From: Takakia lepidozioides
Taxonomy: Eukaryota > Plantae > Bryophyta
NCBI GenBank assembly: GCA_030704615.1
Contig: CM060734.1
Location: 51,956,001-52,020,000, forward strand
Reading direction: 5' to 3'
Length of the DNA stretch: 64,000 bases
The notes under the pieces were generated by a model that was not told the origin of the DNA, searched no databases, and was given only the letters and a program-made list of their open reading frames with translations. Shown here piece after piece: positions 22,801 through 41,998 of the stretch (the stretch's first letter is position 1; every line of letters starts with the position of its first letter). A program made the translations under genes and the position numbers.

Positions 22801-25800
22801 ATCATAACCCTCAATAACCTTGCCAAAAAACTTCACTGGGTACGAAACGTCATGTCTTACAATCTCCCATGGATAACCCATCTGCAACAGACAAGGGGTG
22901 ACTGATGAGCTGAATTGAACCCAATGCAAGCGGCAGAAGTGTTCCTTTAGAGACGAGTTAGAAGCCTGTGAACGCAGGCCAACTTGAATGGATAAGACCA
23001 AATTAAAGGAAAAATCCTTTTGGTTGTACAAACAAATTGATGGAAGATAATACCTCCAGCCACTTCTCAGGCGCTTCATTTTGGCCTTTCTCGGAGATGC
23101 TTTGTTGAAATAAGCCATACTTATAGCGCAAACCATATCCCCAGGCAGGATAATTGAGTGTAGCCAGTGAATCCAAAAAACACGACGCCAATCTCCCCAG
23201 CCCTCCATTACCAAGAGCAGCATCTGGCTCCTGCACTTAGAAACCAAACACTAGGTGTAAGTTCTATGAACAAAGAGTTTATTACACCTATTTGAGAGCT
23301 CTGAGACTTTGCAAGCTGCATGTCCAAACCCTAGTGGCATGTACCATACTGCTCTTTCGGCAACTAATTAGAGGATTGTCAGACCGTAGATCCTCTCACC
23401 ACACCATGTTCACAGTGTAGGGGTTTAGAAATAGACGTTGTTTGCCGTAGCCTTGTGGCCATTGACCCCGCGCCCAGTTTGAGCGGGAACAAAAGGGACA
23501 GAACCTACCTCTGTCAGGGGCTGACGTTGGTAGTAAGACTTACCTCCATATAAAGAATTAATCCGGGTTTTCCAGATATCCTCTAGAAATCCCTTCACAC
23601 AAGCATCAATCTGCTGTGTGTGGTTTGCCCAAAAACTAGGCCTCAGGAGGGCCTGGGCTTTTGGCTCAGCCTCGAGACTTTCAAAGTTGGTAAACAGGGG
23701 TACAGGCACAATTCCCTTAATAGATTTGAAGAGAGCGTCTCTTTGGTGAGAGAACCCCGGACAGTGTATCAGAAAATGAATACTGTCTTCAGATTGCCCA
23801 CACAACGGGCAATTGCACTCTCCCTTTCCTCTCTGCTTCTGTTTGCTGTTCAAAGGTAGGCTTCCTGCCCCGAGTTTAAATTTCAGTCTAGTGCCGAGAG
23901 TGGGTAGACCCTTGAGGTCATCCAAGATGTCCCCCCCATGTCACAGACTGGAAACAAGTTCAGGGAAGTTTTCTGCCTAACTTCATTTTCATCAGACAAT
24001 CTCATGGCAACAGACATGGCTGAGGACACTACAGCCTCTAAGTCAGATTTATCCAGCAGGGCGGATTGAGATTCAGATCCTTGAGAATCTCTTCTACTCT
24101 ATTGCGCCAGGACTTAGCCTGTTTGACAGGGCGATCCTGTTGCCAAGATATAGAGTCGATTAACTTAGGATATCTGGTGTTGGGCATATGTTGCAGCTGA
24201 CCCCACCATCTGACCTTGAATTCATCTCGTCGGGAGCTTAAGGACGGAATGCCAAACACACCCCGAACAGCCACATTGGCTGTTTTGGAGCATGCTGACA
24301 TACACTCCTTAAGCACCCCCACTTGAATGGATTCTAGAGACTTAGCCTGGTTGGAGTTATCAACCCATATAGCAGATCCGTACTCCAAGGCAGGTCTAAT
24401 AACGCGATAAAGCATGGTTTTCTTAACCTCAGAGTTGGATCTGCAGTGGAAAAATTTAGTGAGCCCCAGAGCTTTGCCCTTGCCAGTTTGAACAACTTTC
24501 CGGATATGTGCATCCCAATTACAATTGGACTCAATGCCCAGGTAAGTGTAGGAAGGGAGGACCGGGATCTCTTGGCTACCCCACTGCCACTTAAGATCAC
24601 TCCCTCCCTCTCCTCTGTCGTTGAATGCTACCACTGCACATTTGCTGACATTAGCGTCTAGCCCCCAAAGATCAAAGTATCTCTTCCCGCAATCAATCAA
24701 CTCCTGGAGATTGGTTGGAGTCTCCCCTATGCCTGTGAAGTCATCCGCAAACATAAGGGCTGGTATGGTGGTATCACCCACCCTTAACCCAAATCCCTCA
24801 CTTTCCACATCCTCGAGGAGTTGATTGATGAAAACATTGAAGAGCAGAGGGGAGAGAGTACATCCTTGAGCTACACCTTGGTCTATGTCAAAGAAGTTGG
24901 ACTTCTGTCCGTTAACAGTGACACAGCTTTTGGTGTGAGCATACAAGTTGTGGACAACTCTCCACATCTTTCCCTTGATCCCACAAGACCAGAGGCGGAA
25001 CCATAGGCCATCTCTCCACACTGTGTCATAAGCCTTTTTGACATCCAGGAAAAAGTCATAAGTGGGTTTCCCTTCTTTTTTCCTTCCCTGGATAATCTGG
25101 CTTAGAGTGAAAATATGATCCACACAGCCCCTGTTTCACCGAAAGCCAGCTTGGCCTTCGTGGAAACAACCTCTAGACTCCAGATCAACCTCGAGACGAG
25201 TACTTATAACTCTGCAGAATGTCTTGCCAACAGCATTGAGGAGCGCGATTCCATGGTAGTTCCCCGGTTCTTCTCTGTCACCCTTCTTGTATAGATTGAC
25301 AATGACCCCCTGTCGCCAGCGAAAGGGATCATTTCAGTCTTCCAGATAAGGTTAAAGAGGAGAACTAGGGCCTCTATCATGGGATCGCCACCGTGCTTGA
25401 TAAGCTCGTTGACAATACCATCAGGTCCACCAGCTTTATATCCATTTAAATGTTCAATTGCTTCCACAATCTCAGAAGAACTAATGGGAGCATTATAAGC
25501 CATTGAAATATACTCCAGTTCATCAGGGCTGTTTTGAATCAAAACAGTTTTTTCCAACTGTGTCCCTCCATTCAGCAGAAGACCCCTCACTGTTAGACCT
25601 AGAAGTTCTGCCAAGGATACTGTAGTGAGTTTCAAAGGTTTTGACAATGTCAACCGATGAAGTCACCACTGCACCTTTAGTAGTCTTCAGCGCTTGTACT
25701 TGCTGACCGTTTTTCGGCTTGTACAAACGTTGAAGGGCCAACCAGAATTTCTTGTCATTACCACCATGGTGGTTTGAGTTTATTTCACTGTATAACTTGT

Positions 25801-28800
25801 CCCAGTATAATTTCTTCTGAGACCTAACAAGCTGATTGATATCTTTACGGAGCTGGTAGTACCTCGCCCACAATTCTCTGTTGGTTTCCAAATTGCAGCA
25901 CTCTTTATAGAGGGTTCGTCTCTCAGCTATCTTGAGTTTAATCTCATTAGTCCACCAATTAACTGCTCTACCGCAGACAATTAGTTTCCTCCCAATGATC
26001 TTGTCAGCCACGGAGGAAACGAAACTCTCCCAAGAGTCCACTGCTCTTTCGACTTCATTTCTTGCGTTAACAGAGCGTGACTGAAGTTCTTGGAGCGATT
26101 GGACAAAATGAGGGAGAGACTCTTGCAAGGCCTGGACGTACTCAGCCTTGACCTCCTCATTGTGGAATTTTTCTATGCGCCACTTCCGAATCGAACGTTT
26201 CACAGATCTCTTGGTGGTGGGAAAACACCTTTTGATCTCAGTCCAAACCAGGAAGTGGTCAGAGGTACCAATATCAGTTCTGTCAATCAACACATAGGCA
26301 CACTGGGGGAACAAAATTTTGTCCATTATGATATAGTCCACAATGGAACGTTCCCCAGTTTGGGATTTCCCCACGAGTCCACTGCACTTGGTCACCTCTT
26401 GTCCTGTTATTCAAGGTCAAAAGCTGAAGCTCTTCTAGACAGTTAATTAACCGTCTGCCATTAGAATTCAGCTCGTCCTCACCAAAAGGTCCAATGATAT
26501 CGTCCTGATGGATCCCTTTGCCCACCCGGGCATTGAAGTCCCCCAATAGTACCACCTGACCTTTGGCAAGGAACGAAGCACAGTCCAGCTTTACATCTTC
26601 GAAGGCCTTGTCTGCGTCAGCACTAAGGGTCCCCTCTGTGGGCATGTAAACACAACCAACAAAGAGGTCCTTTGTACTCATGCCGCCCTTCAAATTCAGT
26701 TTTAGCCAGATACTATGCTCGTACCTCAAACCCTTGTTGATAATTTCACAATTGTCAAACAAGAAATCACGGACAAAGAATCCGACCCCTTTTTGACCGC
26801 GTTTGGCAGAGGCTGCCTTGAGAGTACACATCTTACCTGCCCATTTATAACCAATGACATCTCCAACCAGTTTATCCGATGTTTCCCATGTTTCTTGCCC
26901 AGCACAGATATGAATATCATTAGTCCGAAGAACTTGTCCCACTTCAAGTTGTTTCCTTTGGTTGGTCAACCCTGAGAAGTTGAAAGTGGCCAGCCGCAAG
27001 CCAGCCCTTTGCGTGTGAATTGTTTGTCGTCTAGGTAGCTTGTGATTGCTCCTGGACGGCCAACCGTTCTGCAAAGGGGGGACAGTTACCCCATGTGTAG
27101 ATTTTGCTCGTCTTGTGTAAACTTTGAGAATTGGTAAACCATTCAGGGTACCAAATCTTTCAGTTACACGACGCACAGGCTCCGCACACATAGGGGCAGA
27201 TTGTCCGTCAGACTGCTTGGGGACAATTACCCCGTGTATAGATTTTGCTCGTCTTGTGTAGACTTAGACTACACTAATATAGTATATTATCAAGACCACA
27301 ACACAGAAGTAAAGAAAGACAGGGGCTCATGTGACAAAGTAGAAGAACGAGAATTGTCTCTGTCTTTCTCTCTCCATACTCATCTGAGCAAGGTAGACGA
27401 ACAACATGATCATATCAGAATGGTCGTGGAAGAAATAGCACTATGTTAGGAATCAATGTGCATCTTGTCATACCTGCTCAGCAACATCCTCAAGGTCATG
27501 CCCCAATTTCCGCAGTGCTTGGGCATATGCATCCTTCAGCTCAAGATTTCCAATGGCATTCAACAAGGCTCTGCCCTGAATTAACAAACACAAACAAAGC
27601 AGATGCAGAGCATTTGTTGGTAAAAGCCCTAGTATTTGTGCATAAGAGAGTATGGACTGCTACTGCTATGATGCTTGTACATTTCTATCAGAGCATGACA
27701 CTGTACTTTTGAGAAATCTCTGACTGGGACAACCCATTGGAGTGGAATGATCTACGCGTGATTCTCTGCAGCACAGCTGCACTGCACAGAGGCAAACACC
27801 CTGACTCTGCTTTGTGGATGGGTCCAGCATCCAACCCTCATTAGTGTGGAGTATGACTGTGGACAGACCAGAGTTTCTCAAGCAAACAATGGCTGAGGAG
27901 GTGCAAGATACAAGAATGATTCACATAACACATCTGGCTGAGGAAAAGGCAGCTTAAATTCTTTCTTACGTCTTCAAACAGTGCAGGCACATAAGAAACG
28001 TAGACCAACCTGTAGAAACTCCATGGAGAGGTAATGGATAGTCTTCGAATTTGTGTTTTGAAAGTGCTTGTAAGTCTCATTCCATTTTTGGACCAAACCA
28101 TCTCTCACACTCTCAGCTGTAGCCACATAGGCTTGTTTTAACTCAAATTTGTAGGGAGAGAAGGAGGGGGTGTACTCAGCATGGTACTTGATGTTTGAGG
28201 CAATTCCTTCAGCATCCTTAGAGGATGGATTTGCAACAGGAAGAATAGCTGTAATAAAATCCACCCAAAAAACCAGCTGAGATGTACAATTTGAATTCAT
28301 TCAAGGGGAACACAAGCAGTTTGAAAGGTAAGTGTGGACTAGGAAGGACTAGAATACCAGGAATTAACTACATATTTAAATTACCACTTCTATGTCACAA
28401 GGTGCTGACTTCCTGTTTGACAGAACTAACAGTAAATATGTCATTATATTCATTCTAAACTGTTGCCCAAGGAATGCATGCTTGTCAAACATGCAATGAT
28501 GGTTATCCCCCAGGATTTTTGCCTCCATATCACCCCCTCACAAGAACGTTTCAGCAACCAAAGAAGATTATGCTTCTGTATAGAGTGCGAGTCTTGTGTC
28601 CATGTCTTGAGGCAATGTAGGAGGAGGATAAAGGTTAAGAATCAAGGGATGAGGCAATAAGCATACAAACCTCAGCACTCAAGACCAGCAAGAGACACGT
28701 TCAATTTGGATGCAATGGAGAGAAAAAGCAAATTGAGGTTGGAAGTGGAAGGGTGAATGCTAACTCAGCGGATGAAACGCAATAAATGCTACCATCCCAC

Positions 28801-29108
28801 GACAACTACTCATTTGGTAAATTGTACAAGAGACCCATACAAACGATTGAACATGAAACTAGCCAGAATAAAGCCAGACCTTTGTCAAACGGGGATGCCT
28901 TGGGTCTCGGCTCGCCACACCGAATGGGAGGCCTGTGTATGGCAACAAGGGAGTGCTGGTTACCTCCTAGTCCTGTTCTCAACCTTGTTCCTGTAAAGCT
29001 ACTTCTCCACAAGACACACGATCCAGCCTTGCGAGAAAGTTCAATCCGATCAAAATGTAAGAGTGGAGAACAAGCTCCTTGTGTAGAAGAAACTGTCGCT
29101 ATCCCCAT
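16875..29108 (-). CDS. PHS1: Alpha-1,4-glucan (starch) phosphorylase, plastidial L-type-like, about 14 exons
   Basis: Exon 1 (29108-28880) is Ser/Arg-rich and transit-peptide-like. Later exons encode YLSMEFLQ|[80 protein letters not shown] (PLP lysine) and [19 protein letters not shown] at 16877-16875. Confidence 0.93.
23433..27263 (-). mobile_element. RTEX-like LINE, copy 2 (APE, RT, CCHC), decayed, in intron 3 of PHS1 in the same orientation
   Basis: APE: [35 protein letters not shown]: [43 protein letters not shown]-terminal CPLC...HFLIHC. Several frameshifts. Confidence 0.93.
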
Positions 29109-29237
29109 CCCTTCCTCTTGCAATGTGCCTTCACCAACTTTCTTCTTTACAGAATTTCCTTTCTCTAACCACTCACTTTTCAAATTAGTCTCATGACTCA
29201 ATCCAACCGATTCTCGCTCTTTCTGTTCCCCCCTCGA

Positions 29238-29547
29238 ACGTGGTGAATTCCTTTACTTCTTTTCATCTCTCTCCCAGTGCACTTCACTGACGCCTCTCAT
29301 CGTCAGTGCAGCTCGTTGCCTCCCAATACGTTACTGTTCAGTTCATAAGCATTTCAAAATCTCCTTGCGTGAAATTCTCCTCCTCCCCCACCCGCAGGAC
29401 CTCGCAACTGCATTGAAGCTGCAGGAATTTGATGCGTACTTGAGAAAAATCGATGCAGTGAACGCCATCGCTGCAGGCTCAAGAGGCAAGAGGGCCTTTG
29501 AAGCTCGACGCTTGGATGCCATGCCATGCATGCCCATGCCATGCCAT
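29238..29547. promoter_or_regulatory. Candidate ABRE core (ACGTGG) and RY-motif cluster upstream of PHS1
   Basis: ACGTGG at 29238-29243 and GCCATGCCATGCATGCCCATGCCATGCCAT at about 29518-29547. Motif presence only. Confidence 0.25.
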
Positions 29548-30853
29548 ACCACAGGTTCACCCGTGATACCCGGGGGCCACCCTGTGGGACACGACTCTCG
29601 GGACCCGGAAAGCGAAGGGGGCGACCGGGGTGGCCTAGAGTGAGGGAGACTGTTGTACAGCGCAAATCGATAGACTGATAGAGCCACTCCGATGGATCTT
29701 GGAGTGGGTATATGAGGAAGATGAGTCTCGCAGAAGAATGATTGATCAAATGCGAACTTAGTTTGCGTGCAGTCTGCATTCTAGAATTTGCTGATTAGTT
29801 CAATCTGGTGTGGATGCAATGTGATCTAGCATCTGTAAGCTAGTTCAGAGAATCTAGCTGGTCCAGACATGGATTGTAAGCAATGTTCCGATTGGCTCCA
29901 ATCTGTGCATGCTTATCATGTAGGATTAGCTTTGGGCACAGAAGGTATCGACACTTCTGGGGGAAACTGTTACATTGGAAGAATGGAGCAGCAGCTAGTT
30001 CTAATATTGAAGGCTATCGAGAAGCAAAAAGCTGCAGTGGGATTGATCGAGGTCATGTAACGTCCCAGTAACGTCTGTACGATGTCTGTGCACCTTCGGG
30101 GTCGATGGGGATTAACGATCCCAGCTGATCATACTGTCACATAAATAATATGTTGGCTATTGATGGCCAAGGGTTGTGGCTATACCCCGGACAAGTTTGG
30201 TCTGCCCTGCAACTTTCCACTTTCCATGTGTACTAGGGTGGTGCCACCTTGGGGACTTCAGAAGAGATCATCTTACCGAGGACGAGAATGTCTGTATCTT
30301 CTCCAGATGCAGAAATCTAGTCTAACTATTATTCATGATTCCAGTTGCACATGTTAAGTTTAGAGGAGATTGAGTCTAGAGAGAGAGATCTAGAGAGATA
30401 ACAGGCATAAATATTAGAACTGTATAGCAACTGAGAGATACTTTGATCTAGAAAGGGGGGATGATTCATTAAGTTAATTCTCCAATACATGATATACTTT
30501 GATCAATACACTCTGTCGGCTATGCACATCTTGATATCCTAGATTGAGGAATTACAGATGGATCCGGGCTTCTTCACGATTCAGAGAAGAGTTGTAGAAT
30601 TTCTTGTATAGATGCTTAAATTGGTTCACGGTATGATTTGAGCTGGGGACTATCTAGATGCATACGTCGAGGGATACCTAGGCTTAAAGTGAGAAGAGCT
30701 TCTCTCACGCGGCGGGTTGCCAAAACACTCGTTGATCTATCATAATATGTATATCGGCGCCAGATCAGTTGTAGTAAGGCAGCAGCTGCCATGCATTAAG
30801 GAGTTCATAGGGAACATTCGCTTGTTCAGCTCGTCCTGAGTGGCCAGATCAAA

Positions 30854-32576
30854 ATGTGGGAGGGGAAAGAGCTTTCGCACTGTCAGAGGTTCATGAGGCG
30901 CAAGGAACGATTATGGAAAGGGTCCACAAGGTTGCGGATTTTTGCTTTTTTGCTAGGACTGCTCTTCTGGTTATGGATGTCAATTATATTACTAGCTATT
31001 CCTCTAGAAAGAGTCAAAGTCAAGTCCTTCAATGCAATTGTTTCGGAGGATCCACTGTTAGATGAGTCGGATGATGCTGCACGGCCAGTTGAAGCTCTAA
31101 TCAAGGATATAAGAGCAGCCACCTTGAGAGCTAACGGGGGGAAACAAGTACCTCCTTTGATTGGAAAGGAAAAGGAGAAATGGCACCTAACGAATCCTTG
31201 TAGAAGTCGCGAAGAGCTGCCACATAAGTACTGGCGGAGAAATTTTGCAGAGGATGTCGATAGCAATTCAGCATGGAAACAAGTCTTCACAGAATACGAG
31301 AAGCTGCATAGAGCGTGCATTCGCAGGGTCGGGAAGCTCTCCCAATACTTTCTAGCACGGGACAGAAGCAGTGGCTGCAGATTTGTAGTAGCCGATCGAA
31401 CACCCCTGGCAGGGTTAGGCAACAAGATTTTAATGACCACATCTACCTTCCTCTATGCAATTTTGACTCAAAGAGTTTTGCTCGTGCCTGCATCGATTTT
31501 GTTGTCTGATATCATGTGCGAACCTTTCGAAGGGTCGTCATGGAGGATGGATATGGAAATTCTGACACCCACACAGAAATCCAGACGTCTTTGGAATTCT
31601 ACTGAGCAGTTTTACAGAGCTGTTGATGAAGCGATTACTGGTTCTCACACTTTGGCACCTTCCCTTTATGCCACAGATGTCACAAACAGGGATCAATGGC
31701 AGCCTGAGAACCGATTCTTTTGTCCAACAGAGCAAGAGTATTTGACCAATGTGACGTGGGTCCATGTCCTTGGCTGTCTGTTTTTTCTTCCCAAGCTCTT
31801 TGGAGTTCCCACATTTCGTCCAACACTGGAGGCATTGTTTCCTGATCGAATAGTCCTTCCCCACTTGCTGAGGTCGCTGATGCTACCGGGAGACCAAGTC
31901 TGGCGTGGTGTTAAGCAGGTCGACAGTTTGCATTTGCAACACGCATACCGACGCCTTGGGATCCAAGTGCGCTATCGATACGGACGAAGTGCACAGCACG
32001 GTGAATAATAAAATCCAGCAATGTGCTGTGGAGAACGGATTTCTTCGAGAGAAAGTGTCTGGTGAAGAAAAGCTATGGAATGCGACGCATCCTCCACATA
32101 TGACCTCTGTATTCATCACCTCCCTTTACCACAGCCTGTCCGACCTGCTCAGGCAAAATTATGTTGGACACTCAGCAGCAAATGGCGACATTGACATTTT
32201 CCAGCTGACCCATGGATACGCGCAAGGCTGGGGCCTAGAGGAAGACCGCCAAGCACTCACAGAGATACTTCTACTTAGCTTCTCGGACGATATCGTGATT
32301 ACCCCTCTCTCTACCTTTGGAGGTGTCGCTCAAGGATACGGGGCTTTGAAGCCATGGTTTATAGAGTTCAGGCCTCACAGAGAGCCAGGTTGTGTGAGGG
32401 GGACAACTGAGGACGTTTGTTACCAGTACCCACAAACCAAAATCTTTGCATGCCCACACGATGTCCGTGTGCACGGCAAGAGTGTTCTTGATCTGGTCCC
32501 CTACATTAAAGACTGCCTAAGAGTGGATGCAGACTATGGCATACAGCTTATCACCTCATCTAGGACCAAGACGTAA
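30854..32576 (+). pseudogene. GT37 xyloglucan/AGP alpha-1,2-fucosyltransferase-like gene, intronless, with one frameshift near 31980 (pseudogene or sequence error)
   Basis: Type II transmembrane anchor; GLGNKILMTTSTFLYAILTQRVLLV, CEPFEGSSW and LGIQVR in ORF 30854-32008. The protein continues in ORF 31905-32576 with VFITSL, ALTEILLLSFSD and STFGGVAQGYGALKPW. Confidence 0.85.
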
Positions 32577-34023
32577 CTTTTCTGTATGGTCATGCATTCA
32601 CGCACAGCACTTGCACATCATTTCTCAAGGTCGAGATGAAGAAAATCTGTATACTTCACTGGAATGACTGTGTATGTGAGAGTGTGTGTGTGTACATGAG
32701 AGGAGCATGAGAGAGAGATAGAGAAGGGTTTGGCTTTCTAGTGGCAAGGGTACTGCAAACTATGAACCTCAACTTCGCTCGGTCCACTTTGATCAGCTGC
32801 TACTGAACGCTACCAGCTTCAGGACTATAGGTCAAGATTGTCTGCACAAAAGATCCAGTCCATGTACGTGATGGGAAGCGTAGTGATAATCAGGGAATTT
32901 GGAGCCGGGGTTGGGGGGGGGCATACAAAGGTAATTATGTTGAATCAATTGGGAAAGGCTCCAAGGATTCTGCCAGCTGTAGCCTGAATGAACATGTAGA
33001 CTCTTGCAGTCTGGACACCGACAAAGAAGTTGCCATTTCCACCACTTTCCATTCCAGCAAAAAGAGGTTTGAACCCCAAAACTGCAGAGGATCAGCACAA
33101 GAACCCAACCACGGAGTCAGTGCATCTGTAACTACAAGTTAGCCTGGCTGTTTGGAAATATCTGAACAAATTTAAGCAGATCATGTTATCACAAGCAGTT
33201 TCTCATCACCTTTCTGGTGCCATGCCAAGCTCCCAGAATAGCTAGCTGCACCATGACAAATTGACTGACATCTGAGATGGCATCCTCCTTCCGTATTGCT
33301 CGTCTTCCACATTCTCCACATCCCACACCAGGGCCTTGCACAGGCGTTTGCAAACTTTCCAAGTCCATGCACAAATCTCCAGACTGAGACAGGCACACAG
33401 TTCGTACGTTCATACACCAAGCCAGGATAGGATGAAGTCAGCTTAGGAAATTCACCCTGTATAGATACTGCTATGCGACAGACACCATAATTTACACTTC
33501 CGAAGAGTTCCTGGGGTGGGTGGACATTTCTTCATTCCCTCCAATTTCCTCTTGGGGTTTCATGGGGACAGAAACTTGTGGGCCAACTGGTTATAATACT
33601 CTGTGGTCTTCCTTTGCAGAAACCATGTAGTGTAACCTCTCACCGAGGTTCTTACGTTCTTACAAGGACTACTTCCACAACAGTATGTCAGTATCTTCTC
33701 GAGTATGTAAAGATAGGCAAAATTAGAACTATACTAAAGCAATTGAGATGGAAGCTTGATCGAAAGAAAGAATCTGACATCTGAGATTGGTGCAGAGGGA
33801 TTCATTGTGTTGAACTGCCAATATAAGCTCTTGAGCTACTTTGCCGGCTTTGCACATGATCCTTGAGATATTGGAAAGATATATAGATGAATCCGTGCTC
33901 TTTGATCATGATTCAGAGAAGAGTTGTACATAATCTCTTTCATCTATGCTTTTGGTTCGGGGTCTGATATTCATGAGCTGGGGACCATGTAGATGGATAC
34001 AGCTTAAGAAAATGTTCTCTCAA

Positions 34024-34380
34024 CCCCTTTGAACGAAGGGCGCAACCGTGGCGGGCGACCCCATACCCGCCCCTCACACACGGCATTTTATAGTAGGTCG
34101 GGAGGGCGGGACCCGCTTTCACCCTCCCTTTGGTTGGGTTGGAGGGCGGGCAGCGGATCTCTGGATTTATTCTGATGCCATTTCACGCTTTCTGGCCTTC
34201 GAGAAACCATGTCTTTCTTCCCTTTGGGCCAATGAAGCTCGGGCAGGTCGCGCTGGGAGGCCCCCAATCTGGGCTAAAATCTTCCCGTTTCCAGCTCTTC
34301 AATCGGACCTTGATCGAGAAAGTTATGGCTGTTTCAAAAAATGGGTGCGACCCGTTTCAGGTCACGTACTGCATTAGGGG
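34024..34380. mobile_element. Candidate non-autonomous DNA transposon (MITE) with CCCC...GGGG ends and TTAA-like flanks
   Basis: TCAA|CCCCT at 34020-34028 and AGGGG|TTAA at 34376-34384, with imperfect subterminal inverted similarity. Confidence 0.35.
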
Positions 34381-34668
34381 TTAAGGCTTTATCAACCAAG
34401 ATGTGATTTTGGAATGCAAGAATGCGCACACACTGTAGGATGCAGTAGCGGAGCAGAGATGGCAGGATGGCATGTATACCAGATGCGAAGACACTCATGT
34501 TGAAGGTTTAGAAGCAGATTGTGGAAGAAAGATCTGAACAGAGTGAAAGAGGCAAGGGGAGAGTGAGTATAGATAGAATGCTGAAGGGAAGAGGGAGCGT
34601 GAAAAGAGAAGAATGAAGGAGAGAGAGAGATAGAGAGGAATATGTAGCGTTTTGTTGGGTTGTGAGGA

Positions 34669-40395
<5,727 letters not shown>

Positions 40396-41998
40396 TCAAG
40401 TTGCATTTATACAAAGCCAAGGCTCAACAGGATAGATTGGTTCATGGTCAAGTGTTTTCCCATCACCCCTGGAAAGCCATCTTTGGGGTGGTGTAGGACA
40501 TCATACATAGTACAAGAGGTGCTATCAGGGGTACTCATGCCCAGCCTGGGCTTCCATGGGACACGTGTAAGGACATACCCACAAAAATTTGAATCTAGGA
40601 AGTGGGGTGTAACCCCCCAAAGCTTGTATCCGACCAAAAGTATATCATACCGTCAACAGATGCTCCCTTCAGTGCTTCCATGTTAAGTTACCTTCCTCGA
40701 AATGCAGGTAATGGGAAGCTCAGGGTTGAAATTTCAGGCATGGTTCAGACTAATCCAAGGTTGGTCCAAGAGAATTGTTATGCTGGTAACTGGTGTCAAC
40801 AAAAGTACGGCATCTACTTCTAAGAAACACATGTTGTATGGAGTGACAAACTGATGTGATGTAGAAGCCCAATGATGTACTGTGTGGGGCACTACTTGTA
40901 CAGATCCAATTAGCCACACCATATATGATGATTTGCAAATTTTGTAAGATGAAACATAAGCCACTTGCCATTTTGATTCTCTGAAAACCCAAGTATTAAC
41001 TCATCTCATTCAACTACTCCTTAGCAGTTTCAGAGATTAGCTACAGCCCACAGGACAACCTTGAGTAGCACAGATGGGAGTGCGTGGTCCTTTTCATAGG
41101 TAACTGATGTGATCTTGGCAACCCAACAATTGAAGCTCAAAATTTGGGGAAAAATCATGCAGCACCTGGAGTCAGTAATGTCCAACAGTCCTGTATTTGC
41201 AAATAGAGATCTACAGTCTATGATTCTGGCAAAGGTGAGAAGCTGGTGTGGTAGCTTCACATATCCGGCGGTGTCCAAGAGGCAGACAGACCAAAATCAC
41301 TCCCCAACCCTGGTGGGGTGGGAACTGGGAACATGACCCAGACTTGGAAAAGCTGGATATAGTTCAATAGTAGGAAGATCCGTTTCCTTTTTCAAATGCG
41401 CCTGATACTTGTTGCTGCACCTTCCTACTGTGGACTCTCACATAGTGGTCTCTGTCATTTTGATGTTCAGATTCTAAAGTTGAACTTGCTAGTGACTAAA
41501 TACAACAATTCCAATCGTACTGCAAAAGATATTCACTACCATAATTGAAGTTGGTTTGATTTCCCTTTCTTAATGTAGGCACTTCTCACTTGTCTCATAC
41601 TCATACTCAAAACAGTAAAACAGAGATCTCTCAATTTCCTGTGACAAACCCTAACCAATTAAGAAGAGCACAAATGAACGTGCTCAGAGGCAACTTTGTG
41701 AAGAGCAAACCACTTGCTTGCAGCTGGGGAGGCTGCTTACTGGAATTCTACTCTGCCATCTGAACAAAAGGTGGGGGAGAAGTTCAGGATGGCTGTGCGT
41801 TCCTAAAAAAATTTAGAATGAATGGCCCCTCTCCCCATCGCCCGCACCTCTGGTTCTCCAACAGACTAGGAACAGGGTTTAGGTCACCAGGTTGTACCAA
41901 GCAAACCTTAAGAAACACCTTGGTTTCAGACTTGCTGATTCTTCGAGTATAACTTTCAGCCACTAAATATATTTCAACTTTCAAAAGAATGGAAAAGC

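Noticed and set aside
29365-29643. 92-aa ORF upstream of PHS1
   Set aside because: Non-ATG start and no recognisable domain; may be a gene fragment but cannot be supported.
30883-31440. Long antisense ORFs over the fucosyltransferase and other genes
   Set aside because: Shadow frames of real coding sequences with no independent motifs.
32800-33420. Possible decayed gene on the minus strand
   Set aside because: Several short protein-like frames with stops and no family recognised.
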